Positions 34,719-44,269 of a stretch of 64,000 bases of DNA are shown one piece after another (the first letter of the stretch is position 1; the number at the start of each line of letters is the position of its first letter). The stretch covers positions 132,353 to 196,352 of the forward strand of contig JABJOE010000007.1 of assembly GCA_018664485.1 (NCBI GenBank), read 5' to 3'. Source of the stretch: Candidatus Uhrbacteria bacterium. GTDB lineage: Bacteria; Patescibacteriota; Patescibacteriia; UBA9934. The notes under the pieces are model-generated. The model was not told where the DNA came from and did no database searches. It saw nothing but the letters and a program-made list of their open reading frames with translations. Made by a program: the position numbers and the translations under genes.

Positions 34719-37607
34719 TTAGAATCCAATTTCGATATCAAACTCAGATGCGCGGAAAGATGACGACTGTTTGGTGTCAGGCTTTTCAAACGCAACAGAT
34801 GATGAAAGTGTGCCGTCCCCAATCGCAGTATTGTGCTCATCAAACATCTTCTTCACCTCTGCATTGTCTGAGTAAACGAATAGATCAATCTTGTCCTCTA
34901 TCGTGAGGCCTGCCTCTTTGCGTAGCTGGTTAACTTTTCGTACAACCTCACGAACCAAACCTTCTCGAATAAGGGCAGGTGTAAGCTCAGTATCTAACTC
35001 TACTTTTAAATCTCCTTCAGCTACAACTACTTCTTTCACGTTTACCTCTTGTGCTATCACTTCTGAGTAACCCTCACCCATACTTCCTGACGGTACGCTC
35101 ACCTTCATAGATGCGAGCGGCTGCTTAATTGCACGTCCAGCTTCTTCTCGAGCGTCAAGTGCGCGACTCACAAGTGCACGAGCCTCTCCCATTTTCTCAA
35201 TAACACCCTCATCAACCGCATCGGCAACTGGCCAGTCTGTAAGATGCACACTCACTCGCCCTTCTTGCGCTCCATATCCACCATCAACTGACTGATAAAT
35301 ACTCTCAGCTAACATCGGCATGAATGGCGCGATCATCTGCGCAAATGTATCTAGAACATGTCGCAAAGTAGCAAGTGCCTCGGTCTGGTCAGCACCCTCC
35401 TGCTTAAATCGGTCACGTGAGCGACGGATATACCAGGTTGAAAGATCGGTTACGAACGGTTGTAATACGCGAGCGGCCGTTTGAAGATCATAACCTTCCA
35501 TAGCCTCTGTCTGCTCCGTAAGCACAGTATTAAGACGAGCCAGAATCCATCTATCCAACACATGCTCACCTGATGGTGATCTTCCATCTCCACTATCCTT
35601 ATAAAGATTGTAGAAAGAAACAACGTTGCTCAAAATATTTATGAACTGCTTTGAAACATCCTCAACACCCTTTTCGTTGAAGCGAAGATTCTCAGCGTGC
35701 ACGACTGGTGACGACATCAGATAATATCGAATTGCATCTGACCCAAAACGTTCCATCACTTCCATCGGATCTGGATAGTTCCGTAACCGTTTAGACATCT
35801 TCTTACCGTCTTCCGCAAGAACAATTCCGTTTACAATTACATTTTCGTACGCCGGCTTATCAAAGAGGATTGTAGCGATCACGTGAAGCTTATGGAACCA
35901 CAAACTTGTCTGATCAGCGCCCTCAGCAATGAATTTAGCCGGGAAACCTTTTTCAAACAGCTCTTTATTTTCAAACGGATAATGGTGCTGAGCATACGGC
36001 ATAGAACCTGACTCAAACCAACAGTCTAACACTTCAGGAACACGCTTATATTCTTTTCCATCCTTATTAAGAGTGAGTCCATCCACATACTGCTTATGAA
36101 GGTTGTCGATCTTCTCACCGGAAAGCGTCTCCAACTCCTCAATTGATCCAACACATAGGATGTCTCCATCTTCTGCACGCCATAATGGAAGAGGCGTTCC
36201 CCAATAACGTGATCGAGAAACCGACCAATCAGGTGAGGATGCCAATCCCTTTCCAAACCGTCCTTCTTTAATGTGTTCAGGCATCCAGCTGACCCCAGCG
36301 GCATTTTTTGTAAGTCGATCAACTATTGAACTCACTGACACAAACCAAGAAGTTGTGGAGTAGTTAATAAGAGGAGTGTCACAGCGCCAACAGTGAGGAT
36401 AACTGTGTTCGATTTTCTGCTTTGAGAAAAGCTTTCCTGCGTGTGCTAAAGCCTTGATGATCTCAATATCAACCTTTGTATTGTCGTCCTTGGTCTTTAC
36501 CGGCACGCCCTCAACTTTATAGCCAGCTTCCGAAAGTGGCTTTGCAACCTCATCAACAAATATTCCATTCATCTCAACGTGCATGATAGGTGCCACCCCT
36601 TCCTTCTCACCGAGAGCCTTATCATCATCTCCAAACCCAGGAGCAATATGCACTACACCGGTTCCATCCTCAACAGTTACAAAGTCGGCAGACACGACGC
36701 GGAATGCATTTTTATGATCAGCGAAATATGGAAATAGAGGTTCATACGTAGACCCTAGAAGGTCCTCAGTCTTTACCGGCCCCTCAACGGTATACTGCGA
36801 ATCAGCAAATACATTTTCAACCAACTCCTTTGCCATTATAAACCTTCCTTCTTCTGTCTTAACTAAAACGTAATCAATATCCTCACCTATAGCGAGCAAT
36901 ACATTTCCAGGCAAAGTCCAAGGTGTTGTAGTCCATGCCAGAACATTAACTCCTTCATACTCACCGCTGGTCAACTTAAATTCTGCAATAACTGAAAGAT
37001 CCTTAACATCCTTATACCCTTCGTTAACTTCAAACTTTGATAAAACAGTTTCACAACGTGGGCATACATGCAAAGACTTATTCCCCTCGTAGATAACTCC
37101 CTTATCCCACATCTGTTTGAAAACCCACCACACAGATTCCATGAAATTCAAATCCATCGTCTTGTAATCATTCTCCATGTCTACCCAGCGGCCAAGTCGG
37201 CGGACAACTTTCTTCCACTCCTTCGCATACACCATCACCTCTGAGTGACAGCTATCGTTAAACTTCGCGACTCCCATCTCTTCAATCTCTTTCTTGGAGT
37301 TCAACTCAAACTTTTTCTCGACAATGTTCTCAATCGGAAGACCGTGACAATCCCACCCCCATTTTCGATCAACTTTATACCCTTTCATTGTCCAAAAACG
37401 AGGAACTACATCCTTCATAACACCGGCGACGATATGACCATAGTGAGGAAGTCCGGTTGCAAATGGAGGTCCATCGTAAAAAGTAAACAATTCAGCATCG
37501 CTTCTTTGCGCGATTGAACGCTCGAAACAGCCATGTTCATCCCAATATTCTAGGACTTTATTTTCAACATCTGAGTGAGTTTCTCGTTTCGACATATAAT
37601 TATTCAA
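34719..37607 (-). CDS. ileS: Isoleucyl-tRNA synthetase (type 2, archaeal/eukaryote-like form).
   Basis: 962 aa. HIGH motif PHYGHIVAG, KMSKS variant KMSKRLRNYP, the CP1 editing domain, and the tRNA-synt_1 anticodon-binding region. Confidence 0.95.
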   Translation of the reverse strand: MNNYMSKRETHSDVENKVLEYWDEHGCFERSIAQRSDAELFTFYDGPPFATGLPHYGHIVAGVMKDVVPRFWTMKGYKVDRKWGWDCHGLPIENIVEKKFELNSKKEIEEMGVAKFNDSCHSEVMVYAKEWKKVVRRLGRWVDMENDYKTMDLNFMESVWWVFKQMWDKGVIYEGNKSLHVCPRCETVLSKFEVNEGYKDVKDLSVIAEFKLTSGEYEGVNVLAWTTTPWTLPGNVLLAIGEDIDYVLVKTEEGRFIMAKELVENVFADSQYTVEGPVKTEDLLGSTYEPLFPYFADHKNAFRVVSADFVTVEDGTGVVHIAPGFGDDDKALGEKEGVAPIMHVEMNGIFVDEVAKPLSEAGYKVEGVPVKTKDDNTKVDIEIIKALAHAGKLFSKQKIEHSYPHCWRCDTPLINYSTTSWFVSVSSIVDRLTKNAAGVSWMPEHIKEGRFGKGLASSPDWSVSRSRYWGTPLPLWRAEDGDILCVGSIEELETLSGEKIDNLHKQYVDGLTLNKDGKEYKRVPEVLDCWFESGSMPYAQHHYPFENKELFEKGFPAKFIAEGADQTSLWFHKLHVIATILFDKPAYENVIVNGIVLAEDGKKMSKRLRNYPDPMEVMERFGSDAIRYYLMSSPVVHAENLRFNEKGVEDVSKQFINILSNVVSFYNLYKDSGDGRSPSGEHVLDRWILARLNTVLTEQTEAMEGYDLQTAARVLQPFVTDLSTWYIRRSRDRFKQEGADQTEALATLRHVLDTFAQMIAPFMPMLAESIYQSVDGGYGAQEGRVSVHLTDWPVADAVDEGVIEKMGEARALVSRALDAREEAGRAIKQPLASMKVSVPSGSMGEGYSEVIAQEVNVKEVVVAEGDLKVELDTELTPALIREGLVREVVRKVNQLRKEAGLTIEDKIDLFVYSDNAEVKKMFDEHNTAIGDGTLSSSVAFEKPDTKQSSSFRASEFDIEIGF

Positions 37608-37789
37608 ATTTTCTATAAAAAAGGCCCGCTCTCGGCAGGTTTTTCGTGCAAACAGATCATCGAAAAAACCCCGCCATTTAAAGGCGAATGATTGTTTCTA
37701 TAATAATCTGAGAACTTTTCATAACAGTGATAGCTTAGCGAAATTAGGCACAGGAGTCAATCTCCTCTATTGCTGTATAATGCCATCAT

Positions 37790-38893
37790 ATGAACCAGAC
37801 TATTTACATCGGTGCAGACCATGCAGGCTTTGATCTGAAAGAAATTCTCAAAGAGCATCTCGAATCAAACGGCTATCATGTTGAAGACCTCGGAGCATAC
37901 TACCTAGACCCGGCGGATGACTACCCACGTTATGCAAAAGAAGTCGCATCAGCCGTAGCCGAGCATCCTGGATCCCTCGGTATTCTTTCATGCGGAAACG
38001 CTGAGGGGATCTGTATTGCCGCAAACAAATTTGACGGTATTCGTGCTGGAATCGGTTACTCCACAAAATCAGCAGAGACAATGCGGGCTGACGACAACGC
38101 AAATATCATCTGCATTCCGGGCAGACTCAAAACGCCAGACGATCCGCTTGTAATTGCAGAAGCGTTCTTGGGAACCCCATTCTCCAAAGCCCCCCGACAT
38201 GTACGCCGACTAGGATCACTCCACGCCATCGAGCATGAAGACGGTCCACTCACAACCGTAGTACCGGCATTACTCGTGCAACACGAAAATGAATTTCGAA
38301 AAAAAATAAACCATGCAGGACTACGTCAAATTGCCCCGCTATGGCAAATCGATATAATGGACGGTACACTCGTTGATCCTGTTTCCTGGGCAGACCCGCG
38401 AGTTATCAAAACAATGGGACAACTTCCAAACTTTGAACTGCATCTAATGATAGAAGATCCATTGCCGACAATCGTAGCTTTCAAAGAACAAATCCCTACC
38501 CTTACTCGCGCAATCATTCACGCCGAAATTCAAGAACCACTCAAACCTCTGATAACAGCCATAAAAGATCTGGACATTGAAGTCGGTATCGCGCTAAATC
38601 CTGAAACAAAAATCAGAAAACATCTCACTGATATCGAGCGATGCGATCTACTCCTTATTATGGGCATACATCCTGGGGCATCAGCACAACCATTTCTAGG
38701 ACGTAAAATCCTGCGGAAGATAAAACGAGCTCGCAAACTCGCCCACCACATTCCAGTTGCAATCGATGGTGGCGTAAATATGAAAACAGCTCCTAAAATA
38801 GTAAGTGCGGGCGCACGACAGCTATGTACAGCGTCAGCTATATGGAAAGCAGAGGATCCAGTTGAGGCCTACCGCAATTTCCAGCACTTATAA
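37790..38893 (+). CDS. Fusion protein: N-terminal ribose-5-phosphate isomerase B (RpiB/LacAB) plus C-terminal ribulose-phosphate 3-epimerase (Rpe).
   Basis: Residues 1-150 match RpiB (IYIGADHAGFDLKEILKEHLESNGYHVEDLG...GILSCGNAEGICIAANKFDGIRAG...DNANIICIPGR). Residues ~170-367 match Rpe (IDIMDG...HLMIEDP...GIALNPET...LLIMGIHPG...AIDGGVN). The gene is leaderless: TATAAT 37776-37781 lies 8 nt before the ATG. Confidence 0.85.
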   Translation: MNQTIYIGADHAGFDLKEILKEHLESNGYHVEDLGAYYLDPADDYPRYAKEVASAVAEHPGSLGILSCGNAEGICIAANKFDGIRAGIGYSTKSAETMRADDNANIICIPGRLKTPDDPLVIAEAFLGTPFSKAPRHVRRLGSLHAIEHEDGPLTTVVPALLVQHENEFRKKINHAGLRQIAPLWQIDIMDGTLVDPVSWADPRVIKTMGQLPNFELHLMIEDPLPTIVAFKEQIPTLTRAIIHAEIQEPLKPLITAIKDLDIEVGIALNPETKIRKHLTDIERCDLLLIMGIHPGASAQPFLGRKILRKIKRARKLAHHIPVAIDGGVNMKTAPKIVSAGARQLCTASAIWKAEDPVEAYRNFQHL

Positions 38894-39000
38894 GCTAAAC
38901 ACATTCCCCAACCCCCCTTTAAATCAAAAAACACCCGTGTTATACTCGTTTTGTACATAAGGAACTCTACAAGAAGTAGAATCCATAATATTTTTCACCT

Positions 39001-39810
39001 ATGCGAATAGCTCTACACTTTAAGCAGTTAATTATTGCTTTCTTGGCACTTTCCATCGCTTTTGTCGGCGTTATGGTCGCACACGAAGCACAGGCACTTA
39101 CAGATATCGACGATGTCGGTTCTGACTCACTGATCCGAGGTGAGACTTTTTCTGCCGTTTACTACATGGGTGCTGACGGATTCCGATACGTTTTCCCGAA
39201 CTCAAACACATACTTCACTTGGTATGACGATTTCGATGCAGTTAAGATGATCTCTGACTCTGATCTCGCTACTATCCAGATTGGCGGAAACGTAACTTAC
39301 CGACCAGGGTCAAGCATGATCAAGATCCAGTCTGATCCAAAGACTTACGCTGTAGCTCAAGGAGGAACGCTCCGACACATCGACTCAGAAGAAGTTGCTG
39401 TAGCTCTATACGGATCAGCTTGGAACACTCACATTGATGACGTTTCAGACGGATTCTTCACAAACTACAACATTGGAGACGTAGTCGAAGATGCAGATGA
39501 CTACTCTATTTCTGACGAACAGGATGCATCAGACAGTATCAATGATGACAAAGGACTTGAGGAACCAGAGTTGATCGAGCTCACATCTGATGGATTTGAT
39601 CCAATTGATGTCACAATCGACGCTGGGCAGGTAGTACAGTTCATCAACACTGATACTGAGAAGCACTCCGTTACTGCTGACGACCTATCATGGGGTTCTG
39701 GAACTATGCAGTCAGACGGTGAGTACGTTCACCGCTTCGAAGAAGAAGGAACTTACACATTCTTCGATAGTTATGACTCTTCAAACACAGGAGCGATCTA
39801 CGTAGAGTAG
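39001..39810 (+). CDS. Secreted hypothetical protein with a C-terminal cupredoxin-like beta-sandwich that lacks Cu ligands.
   Basis: Signal peptide (MRIALHFKQLIIAFLALSIAFVGVMVAHEA). The C-terminal IDVTIDAGQVVQFINTDTEKHSVTADD...GEYVHRFEEEGTYTFFDS...GAIYVE follows a plastocyanin-like strand pattern without Cys/Met ligands. Confidence 0.45.
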   Translation: MRIALHFKQLIIAFLALSIAFVGVMVAHEAQALTDIDDVGSDSLIRGETFSAVYYMGADGFRYVFPNSNTYFTWYDDFDAVKMISDSDLATIQIGGNVTYRPGSSMIKIQSDPKTYAVAQGGTLRHIDSEEVAVALYGSAWNTHIDDVSDGFFTNYNIGDVVEDADDYSISDEQDASDSINDDKGLEEPELIELTSDGFDPIDVTIDAGQVVQFINTDTEKHSVTADDLSWGSGTMQSDGEYVHRFEEEGTYTFFDSYDSSNTGAIYVE

Positions 39811-40091
39811 AGCACCACAGAGCAGCGTCCTTCGAACTTCTCGTCATAATCCTTCGTCACCGTACAGTTAGTACGACTCCTCGGATTACTCCTCGAGCGT
39901 CCGAATGACATCTACTCTGAGGAGTTTACAAAAATTCAAGCAACAAAAGATGCGGCTAAGTGCCGTGTCTTTTGTTATACTGAGACTACAATCATTAGAC
40001 AGCAATCAATCGAAATTGCTTTAGATACCGGTACGTCACGAGGCGGTCACGACAAGCCGATATATGAAGTAATTTTAAAAGATGAAACACT

Positions 40092-40469
40092 ATGAAAACA
40101 ATTCACTGGATCCTCTTTACTATCTCCTTCTGGATTATCCTTGCGCCATTCATTGGTGACGATATCCTCGTTCTATTTTTCGGAGAATTATTTGATCAAG
40201 ACCAGATAGTGAGTCTGCTTCGTTGGGACGACCTCTTCCTCGGACTCGGTATTACAGTCCTAGCGCTCGTTGCAGTCACGATGGAACAAGGCTCAAAAAA
40301 ATACCCTGGCCTCAAAGCAATGCACTGGATGCAGGTAATGCTTGGTACCTGGATTGCCGTTGCGCCATTCGCACTTAACTTCACCTACGAGCAATTCACC
40401 TGGTCACACCTTGTAACCGGTATGCTCGTGACGACATTCGCGCTGATGCACATAACCTACGAACCATAA
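40092..40469 (+). CDS. SPW-repeat-like small membrane protein (an APF variant of the SPW motif).
   Basis: Two repeats: W-I-I-L-APF-IG and LGTWIAV-APF-ALNF, each embedded in TM helices. They resemble the LGxWLxxSPW pattern of the SPW_repeat family. Confidence 0.45.
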   Translation: MKTIHWILFTISFWIILAPFIGDDILVLFFGELFDQDQIVSLLRWDDLFLGLGITVLALVAVTMEQGSKKYPGLKAMHWMQVMLGTWIAVAPFALNFTYEQFTWSHLVTGMLVTTFALMHITYEP

Positions 40470-40497
40470 AAACCGTCTCCTAAACTTGATCATATAT

Positions 40498-41376
40498 ATG
40501 CCATCTGTACGAGACATACCCTCTATTACTGACAAAAAGCTTCATTCACTGGAGAAAAAAGCGAACTTGATTCGCCAAGATGTTTTAAAAATGCTCCGCG
40601 AAGCCGGCTCTGGTCATAGTGCCGGACCACTCGGACTTGCCGATATTTTTACATCTTTATATTTTCACGTACTCAAACATGACCCTAAGAAACCAGGCTG
40701 GAGCGATCGTGACCGTCTATTGCTTTCATGTGGCCATGTAGTTCCTATTCGTTACGCTGCAATGGCGCATGCCGGATACTTCCCAAAGAAAGATCTGATG
40801 ACATTGCGAAAGCTTGGATCCAAACTTCAGGGACATCCGGAAGTGACACAGATGAAATCGCTCGAAAATACGTCTGGACCACTCGGCGACGGTGGACCTC
40901 AGTCCTGTGGAATGGCTTACGTTGCAAAAGCAGACAAACTTCCTTGGCACACATACTGTGTACTTTCTGAGGGAGACTTGGAAGCAGGAATTACCTGGGA
41001 GGCTGCGATGTTCGCCGGTAAAAATAATCTCCACAATCTCACATGGATAATTGATCGTAACAATATTCAAATCGACGGCTACACAGAGGACATCATGCCC
41101 CTTGAGCCATTGGCAGATAAGTTTGCAGCATTTAATTGGACCGTCATTGAAATAGATGGTCACAACATAATGCAATTCGTTGACGCATGTCGTTACGCAC
41201 AGACAATCTGGGAGAACCCGGTCGTAATTATCGCCCACACAGTCCCAGGAAAAGGAGTAGACTTCATGGAGTTTGAACCAGGGTGGCACGGAAAGCCTCC
41301 GGGAAGCGATGAGCTACGTGATGCATTACGTGAATTACGAACACTCGGAGGAACTATTGAAAGTGAATCAGAATAA
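40498..41376 (+). CDS. Transketolase, N-terminal (thiamine-diphosphate-binding) subunit of a split enzyme.
   Basis: GHSAGPLGLADIFTSLYF...DRDRLLLSCGHVVPIRYAAM...GPLGDGGPQSCGMAY...NLTWIIDRNNIQIDG. The ORF-track start at 40486 is TTG; the ATG at 40498 is the likely start. Confidence 0.9.
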   Translation: MPSVRDIPSITDKKLHSLEKKANLIRQDVLKMLREAGSGHSAGPLGLADIFTSLYFHVLKHDPKKPGWSDRDRLLLSCGHVVPIRYAAMAHAGYFPKKDLMTLRKLGSKLQGHPEVTQMKSLENTSGPLGDGGPQSCGMAYVAKADKLPWHTYCVLSEGDLEAGITWEAAMFAGKNNLHNLTWIIDRNNIQIDGYTEDIMPLEPLADKFAAFNWTVIEIDGHNIMQFVDACRYAQTIWENPVVIIAHTVPGKGVDFMEFEPGWHGKPPGSDELRDALRELRTLGGTIESESE

Positions 41377-41377
41377 T

Positions 41378-42280
41378 ATGAAAAATGTAAAAACAATTTG
41401 GATCTGGGTTAGCTCCATAATCATCATCCTATTAGCTGCAATCATACTTGTCTCTCTACGCGGAGCGAGTACATCATCAATGGATCCCGTATATATAGAT
41501 TACGGCTACGATGAGGTATTCATGGAATCAGAATTCGCAGAGTCTGCTGCATCATCGCTGTACCTTGCCGATGGTAGCCTTGATAGGAGTTACGATGACG
41601 ATGTTTCTGAACAAAATTATATTATTAAAACTGGAAGTATTGAGATGCGAGTGGATTCCGTTGCAGATGCCATGGAACAGCTCGAGACTACAGCGGCAAC
41701 ATACGCTGGCTACATCCAATACAGTTATATTGATCGATCCGATGAATTCGTTGACGGGTTCGCAACCGTTCGTGTGGACGCTTCAGTATTCGCTGCTGCC
41801 ATGGACGATATTCAGGGACTTGCAACCGCAATTCACTACTCACAAGTTTCAAGCGACGATGTTACGGAACAGGTTTTCGACATCCAAGCACGACTCTCAA
41901 ACGCTCAAGCAGAAGAAGAGAGCTATCTAGAAGTCCTTAACATCGCAACAAGTGTAGAAGATATCCTAGACGTCAGACGCTACCTCTCACAGGTGCGTGA
42001 AACGATAGAACGTTACGAGGCACAACTTGAATACTACGAAACAGCTACGTCTCTTGCCACGATCAGCGTTGAGATGACTGAAGAGACCTCTATCTTGTTA
42101 GACTCAGATACTTTTAGACCTAGTCAGTCCGTAGTAGAAGCAGCACAGACAGTTGTGTCACTAGCACAATCTCTAGTGATCGCAGTGATATGGATCATCA
42201 TCGTTGGAGGAGGAATCCTCATCCCTATCGCTATCTTCTACTGGCTTGCAGGTAAGGTATATAGACGACTGAAAAAATAG
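41378..42280 (+). CDS. DUF4349-like membrane protein (N-terminal TM, acidic and coiled-coil middle, C-terminal TM pair), inserted between the two transketolase halves.
   Basis: The likely start at ATG 41378 (MKNVKTIWIWVSSIIIILLAAIILV) lies 2 nt after the tktN stop. The C-terminal TM is VIAVIWIIIVGGGILIPIAIFYWLAG. The gene ends 2 nt before tktC. I recall this architecture as DUF4349, with moderate certainty. Confidence 0.5.
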   Translation: MKNVKTIWIWVSSIIIILLAAIILVSLRGASTSSMDPVYIDYGYDEVFMESEFAESAASSLYLADGSLDRSYDDDVSEQNYIIKTGSIEMRVDSVADAMEQLETTAATYAGYIQYSYIDRSDEFVDGFATVRVDASVFAAAMDDIQGLATAIHYSQVSSDDVTEQVFDIQARLSNAQAEEESYLEVLNIATSVEDILDVRRYLSQVRETIERYEAQLEYYETATSLATISVEMTEETSILLDSDTFRPSQSVVEAAQTVVSLAQSLVIAVIWIIIVGGGILIPIAIFYWLAGKVYRRLKK

Positions 42281-42282
42281 AT

Positions 42283-43272
42283 ATGAAAAAGGAGCAACCA
42301 AAACTAGCAAGAAGCTGGAAAAATCCAAGTCGTCTTAAGCTAATCCCTACCCGTAATGGTTTCGGTGAGGGATTAGTCGAAGCTGGAAAGGCTGACAAGA
42401 ACGTAATGGTGATCTCTGCTGACCTTACAGACTCAACAAGGGCAAGCTACTTCAAAGATGCCTTCCCTGATCGGTTTGTTCAGTTCGGAGTTGCAGAGCA
42501 AGCGATGGCAGCAACAGCGGCGGGTATGGCTCTCGCCGGAAAGACGGTTTTCATCGCAAGCTACGCCGCATTTTCACCTGGACGAAACTGGGAACAGATT
42601 CGAACAACTGCTTGTCTACAAAAAGCTAACGTAAAAATAGCTGGAGCGCATGCTGGGATCTCCGTCGGTCCAGATGGTGCAACTCACCAGATGGTTGAAG
42701 ACATTGCAATTACGCGTGTACTCCCTGAAATGAAAGTACTAGTACCATGTGACTCAATCGAGACTCGTAAAGCGACGATTGCTGCAGCAAAAATGAAAGG
42801 ACCGGTATATGTCCGCTTTGCAAGATCATCAAGCCCTGTCTTTACAACAAACGCAACTCCGTTTGCCGTTGGTAAAGCGCAGGTCTTCCGTGACGGATCC
42901 GACCTTGCCATCATCGCCTGTGGACCTCTTGTATATGAAGCCCTGATGGCGGCAGAGGAACTTTCAAAGCTCGGTATCGAAGCTCGAGTTATCAATAACG
43001 TGAGTGTAAAGCCGATGGACGAGAAGACAATCGTGCAAGCTGCAAAAGACTGTGGTGCGATCGTCACAATAGAGGAAGCTCAAGCGGCTGCCGGAATGGG
43101 TTCAGCGGTATGTGAAATAACATCGCAACACTTCCCCGTCCCAGTAGAACGTATGGGCATGCAAGACCGCTTCGGTGAATCCGGAGAGCCCAACGAGCTA
43201 CTAGAGCACTTCGGATTAACTGCTCCGTATATTGTAAAAGCAGCCAAACGAATAATGAAAAAGAAGAAATAG
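42283..43272 (+). CDS. Transketolase, C-terminal (pyrimidine-binding plus C-terminal domain) subunit.
   Basis: NGFGEGLVEAGKADKNVMVISADLTDSTRASYFKDAFPDRFVQFGVAEQAMAATAAGMALAGKTVFIASYAAF... Confidence 0.9.
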   Translation: MKKEQPKLARSWKNPSRLKLIPTRNGFGEGLVEAGKADKNVMVISADLTDSTRASYFKDAFPDRFVQFGVAEQAMAATAAGMALAGKTVFIASYAAFSPGRNWEQIRTTACLQKANVKIAGAHAGISVGPDGATHQMVEDIAITRVLPEMKVLVPCDSIETRKATIAAAKMKGPVYVRFARSSSPVFTTNATPFAVGKAQVFRDGSDLAIIACGPLVYEALMAAEELSKLGIEARVINNVSVKPMDEKTIVQAAKDCGAIVTIEEAQAAAGMGSAVCEITSQHFPVPVERMGMQDRFGESGEPNELLEHFGLTAPYIVKAAKRIMKKKK

Positions 43273-43341
43273 TCATAGGCTCAATTTTGACAGAAAAGGG
43301 GTAAAACAAGGCTTTTTACCTCTTTTTTTGTTCATTGGCAC

Positions 43342-43370
43342 TTGACAAAAGTGCTATTTTGTGCTACTAT
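43342..43370 (+). promoter_or_regulatory. Promoter (TTGACA-N17-TACTAT) at the head of the cassette-like array.
   Basis: TTGACA 43342-43347, a 17-nt spacer, TACTAT 43365-43370. Confidence 0.5.
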
Positions 43371-43376
43371 GTGAGG

Positions 43377-43498
43377 GTAGTTAAATTTCAAGTCTCTTTA
43401 CAATTTAGTGAATGTGAGCCCACGTTGATATTTTGGGTGATGCCTCTAGGCTCACTCTACCCCCAGCTATAGCCTATGAGTTATAGCTATTTTTATTT
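43377..43498 (+). ncRNA. Candidate small structured RNA or attenuator leader of about 120 nt (promoter to intrinsic terminator).
   Basis: Closing helix GGGTAG / CTACCC. Internal hairpin GTGAGCC...GGCTCAC. Terminal hairpin AGCTATA (43465-43471) / TATAGCT (43483-43489), followed by ATTTTTATTT. Confidence 0.4.
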
Positions 43499-43585
43499 GG
43501 GAAAAAGATGAAAGGACAGGCCTTTTCATCTCGGTCTCAAACCGAGTGTTCACACAGCTCTCGTTAGCACGAGAACACCCAATAC

Positions 43586-43684
43586 ATTCTCGGTAATCAC
43601 TGAGTGAGGGTGGCAAGCTGTACAAGATGTCCTGGCGCCTATGTCATGGACAGCTATCCCGACCATGGGATAGGAGAACATACA
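43586..43684 (+). repeat. Array repeat copy A (M2-type module only), immediately upstream of ORF1.
   Basis: ...GAGGGTGGCAAGCTGTACAAGATGTCCTGGCGCCTATGTCATGGACAGCTATCCCGACCATGGGATAGGAGAACATACA-ATG is homologous to copies B, C and D. The SD (AGGAG) is embedded in GGGATAG, which can pair with the upstream CTATCCC. Confidence 0.6.
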
Positions 43685-44047
43685 ATGGAAGAAAAGCTTG
43701 CAACCGATCAGAAGCGCCTCTCAAATGAGTTCCTGCTTGAATTCTTGAGTGCGACTAACAATGACGAGCGCTGCAAAGCGCTTATCAAGGAGTCATACCG
43801 ACTCTGGCCGAACAGGGATGGAAATCTCTACGATGGAGCCGACCACCCGTACTGTGTCTGGGAGAACAATGCCACAACTGCCGTTTCACGCGAGGAGAAT
43901 GCAAAGATCTGTCTCCAACACGCGAAATATGCAGACAGCAACTGCCCGTTCGCAGATGGCGGAGTCCTCTACGACTTTGTCACAACTAGTGTACTTCTGT
44001 GGGAGCCAGAAAAAGCCCGCATCAAAGAAGTTTACGAGTCACTGTAG
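43685..44047 (+). CDS. Cassette ORF1: hypothetical 120-aa soluble protein.
   Basis: Start ATG 43685, with GGAG 8 nt upstream. The ORF-track start at 43604 would read through the repeat. No recognised family. Confidence 0.5.
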   Translation: MEEKLATDQKRLSNEFLLEFLSATNNDERCKALIKESYRLWPNRDGNLYDGADHPYCVWENNATTAVSREENAKICLQHAKYADSNCPFADGGVLYDFVTTSVLLWEPEKARIKEVYESL

Positions 44048-44058
44048 TTCTACTATCT

Positions 44059-44269
44059 CCCCAAGCAACTCGCTTGGGGCTCCGCAGAGCACATCACACA
44101 GTGGTGGATTCCGCAGAGCAGGAATACTTCCCGCTTCAATACAGCCCTCGACCAACGAGGACATCTAATACATTCCCGGAGACTACCGGGTGAAGATGGC
44201 AGTCTGTGTAATATATCCTGACATTTGTGTCATGGATAACTATCCCTTGGTACGGATAGAAGTATACAT
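44059..44269 (+). repeat. Array repeat copy B (modules M1+M2) between ORF1 and ORF2.
   Basis: M1 contains hairpin CCCCAAGC-AACT-GCTTGGGG (44059-44079) and a direct repeat CCGCAGAGC x2. M2 contains CCTCG-ACCAA-CGAGG, CCGG-AGACTA-CCGG, the GGATAACTATCC palindrome, and CTATCC-CTTGGTAC-GGATAG just before the ATG. Confidence 0.65.

Noticed and set aside
40486-40497. ORF-track TTG start for transketolase N (MIIYMPS...).
   Set aside because: The in-frame ATG at 40498 is more plausible. The upstream TTG overlaps promoter-like AT-rich sequence. The difference is 4 codons either way.
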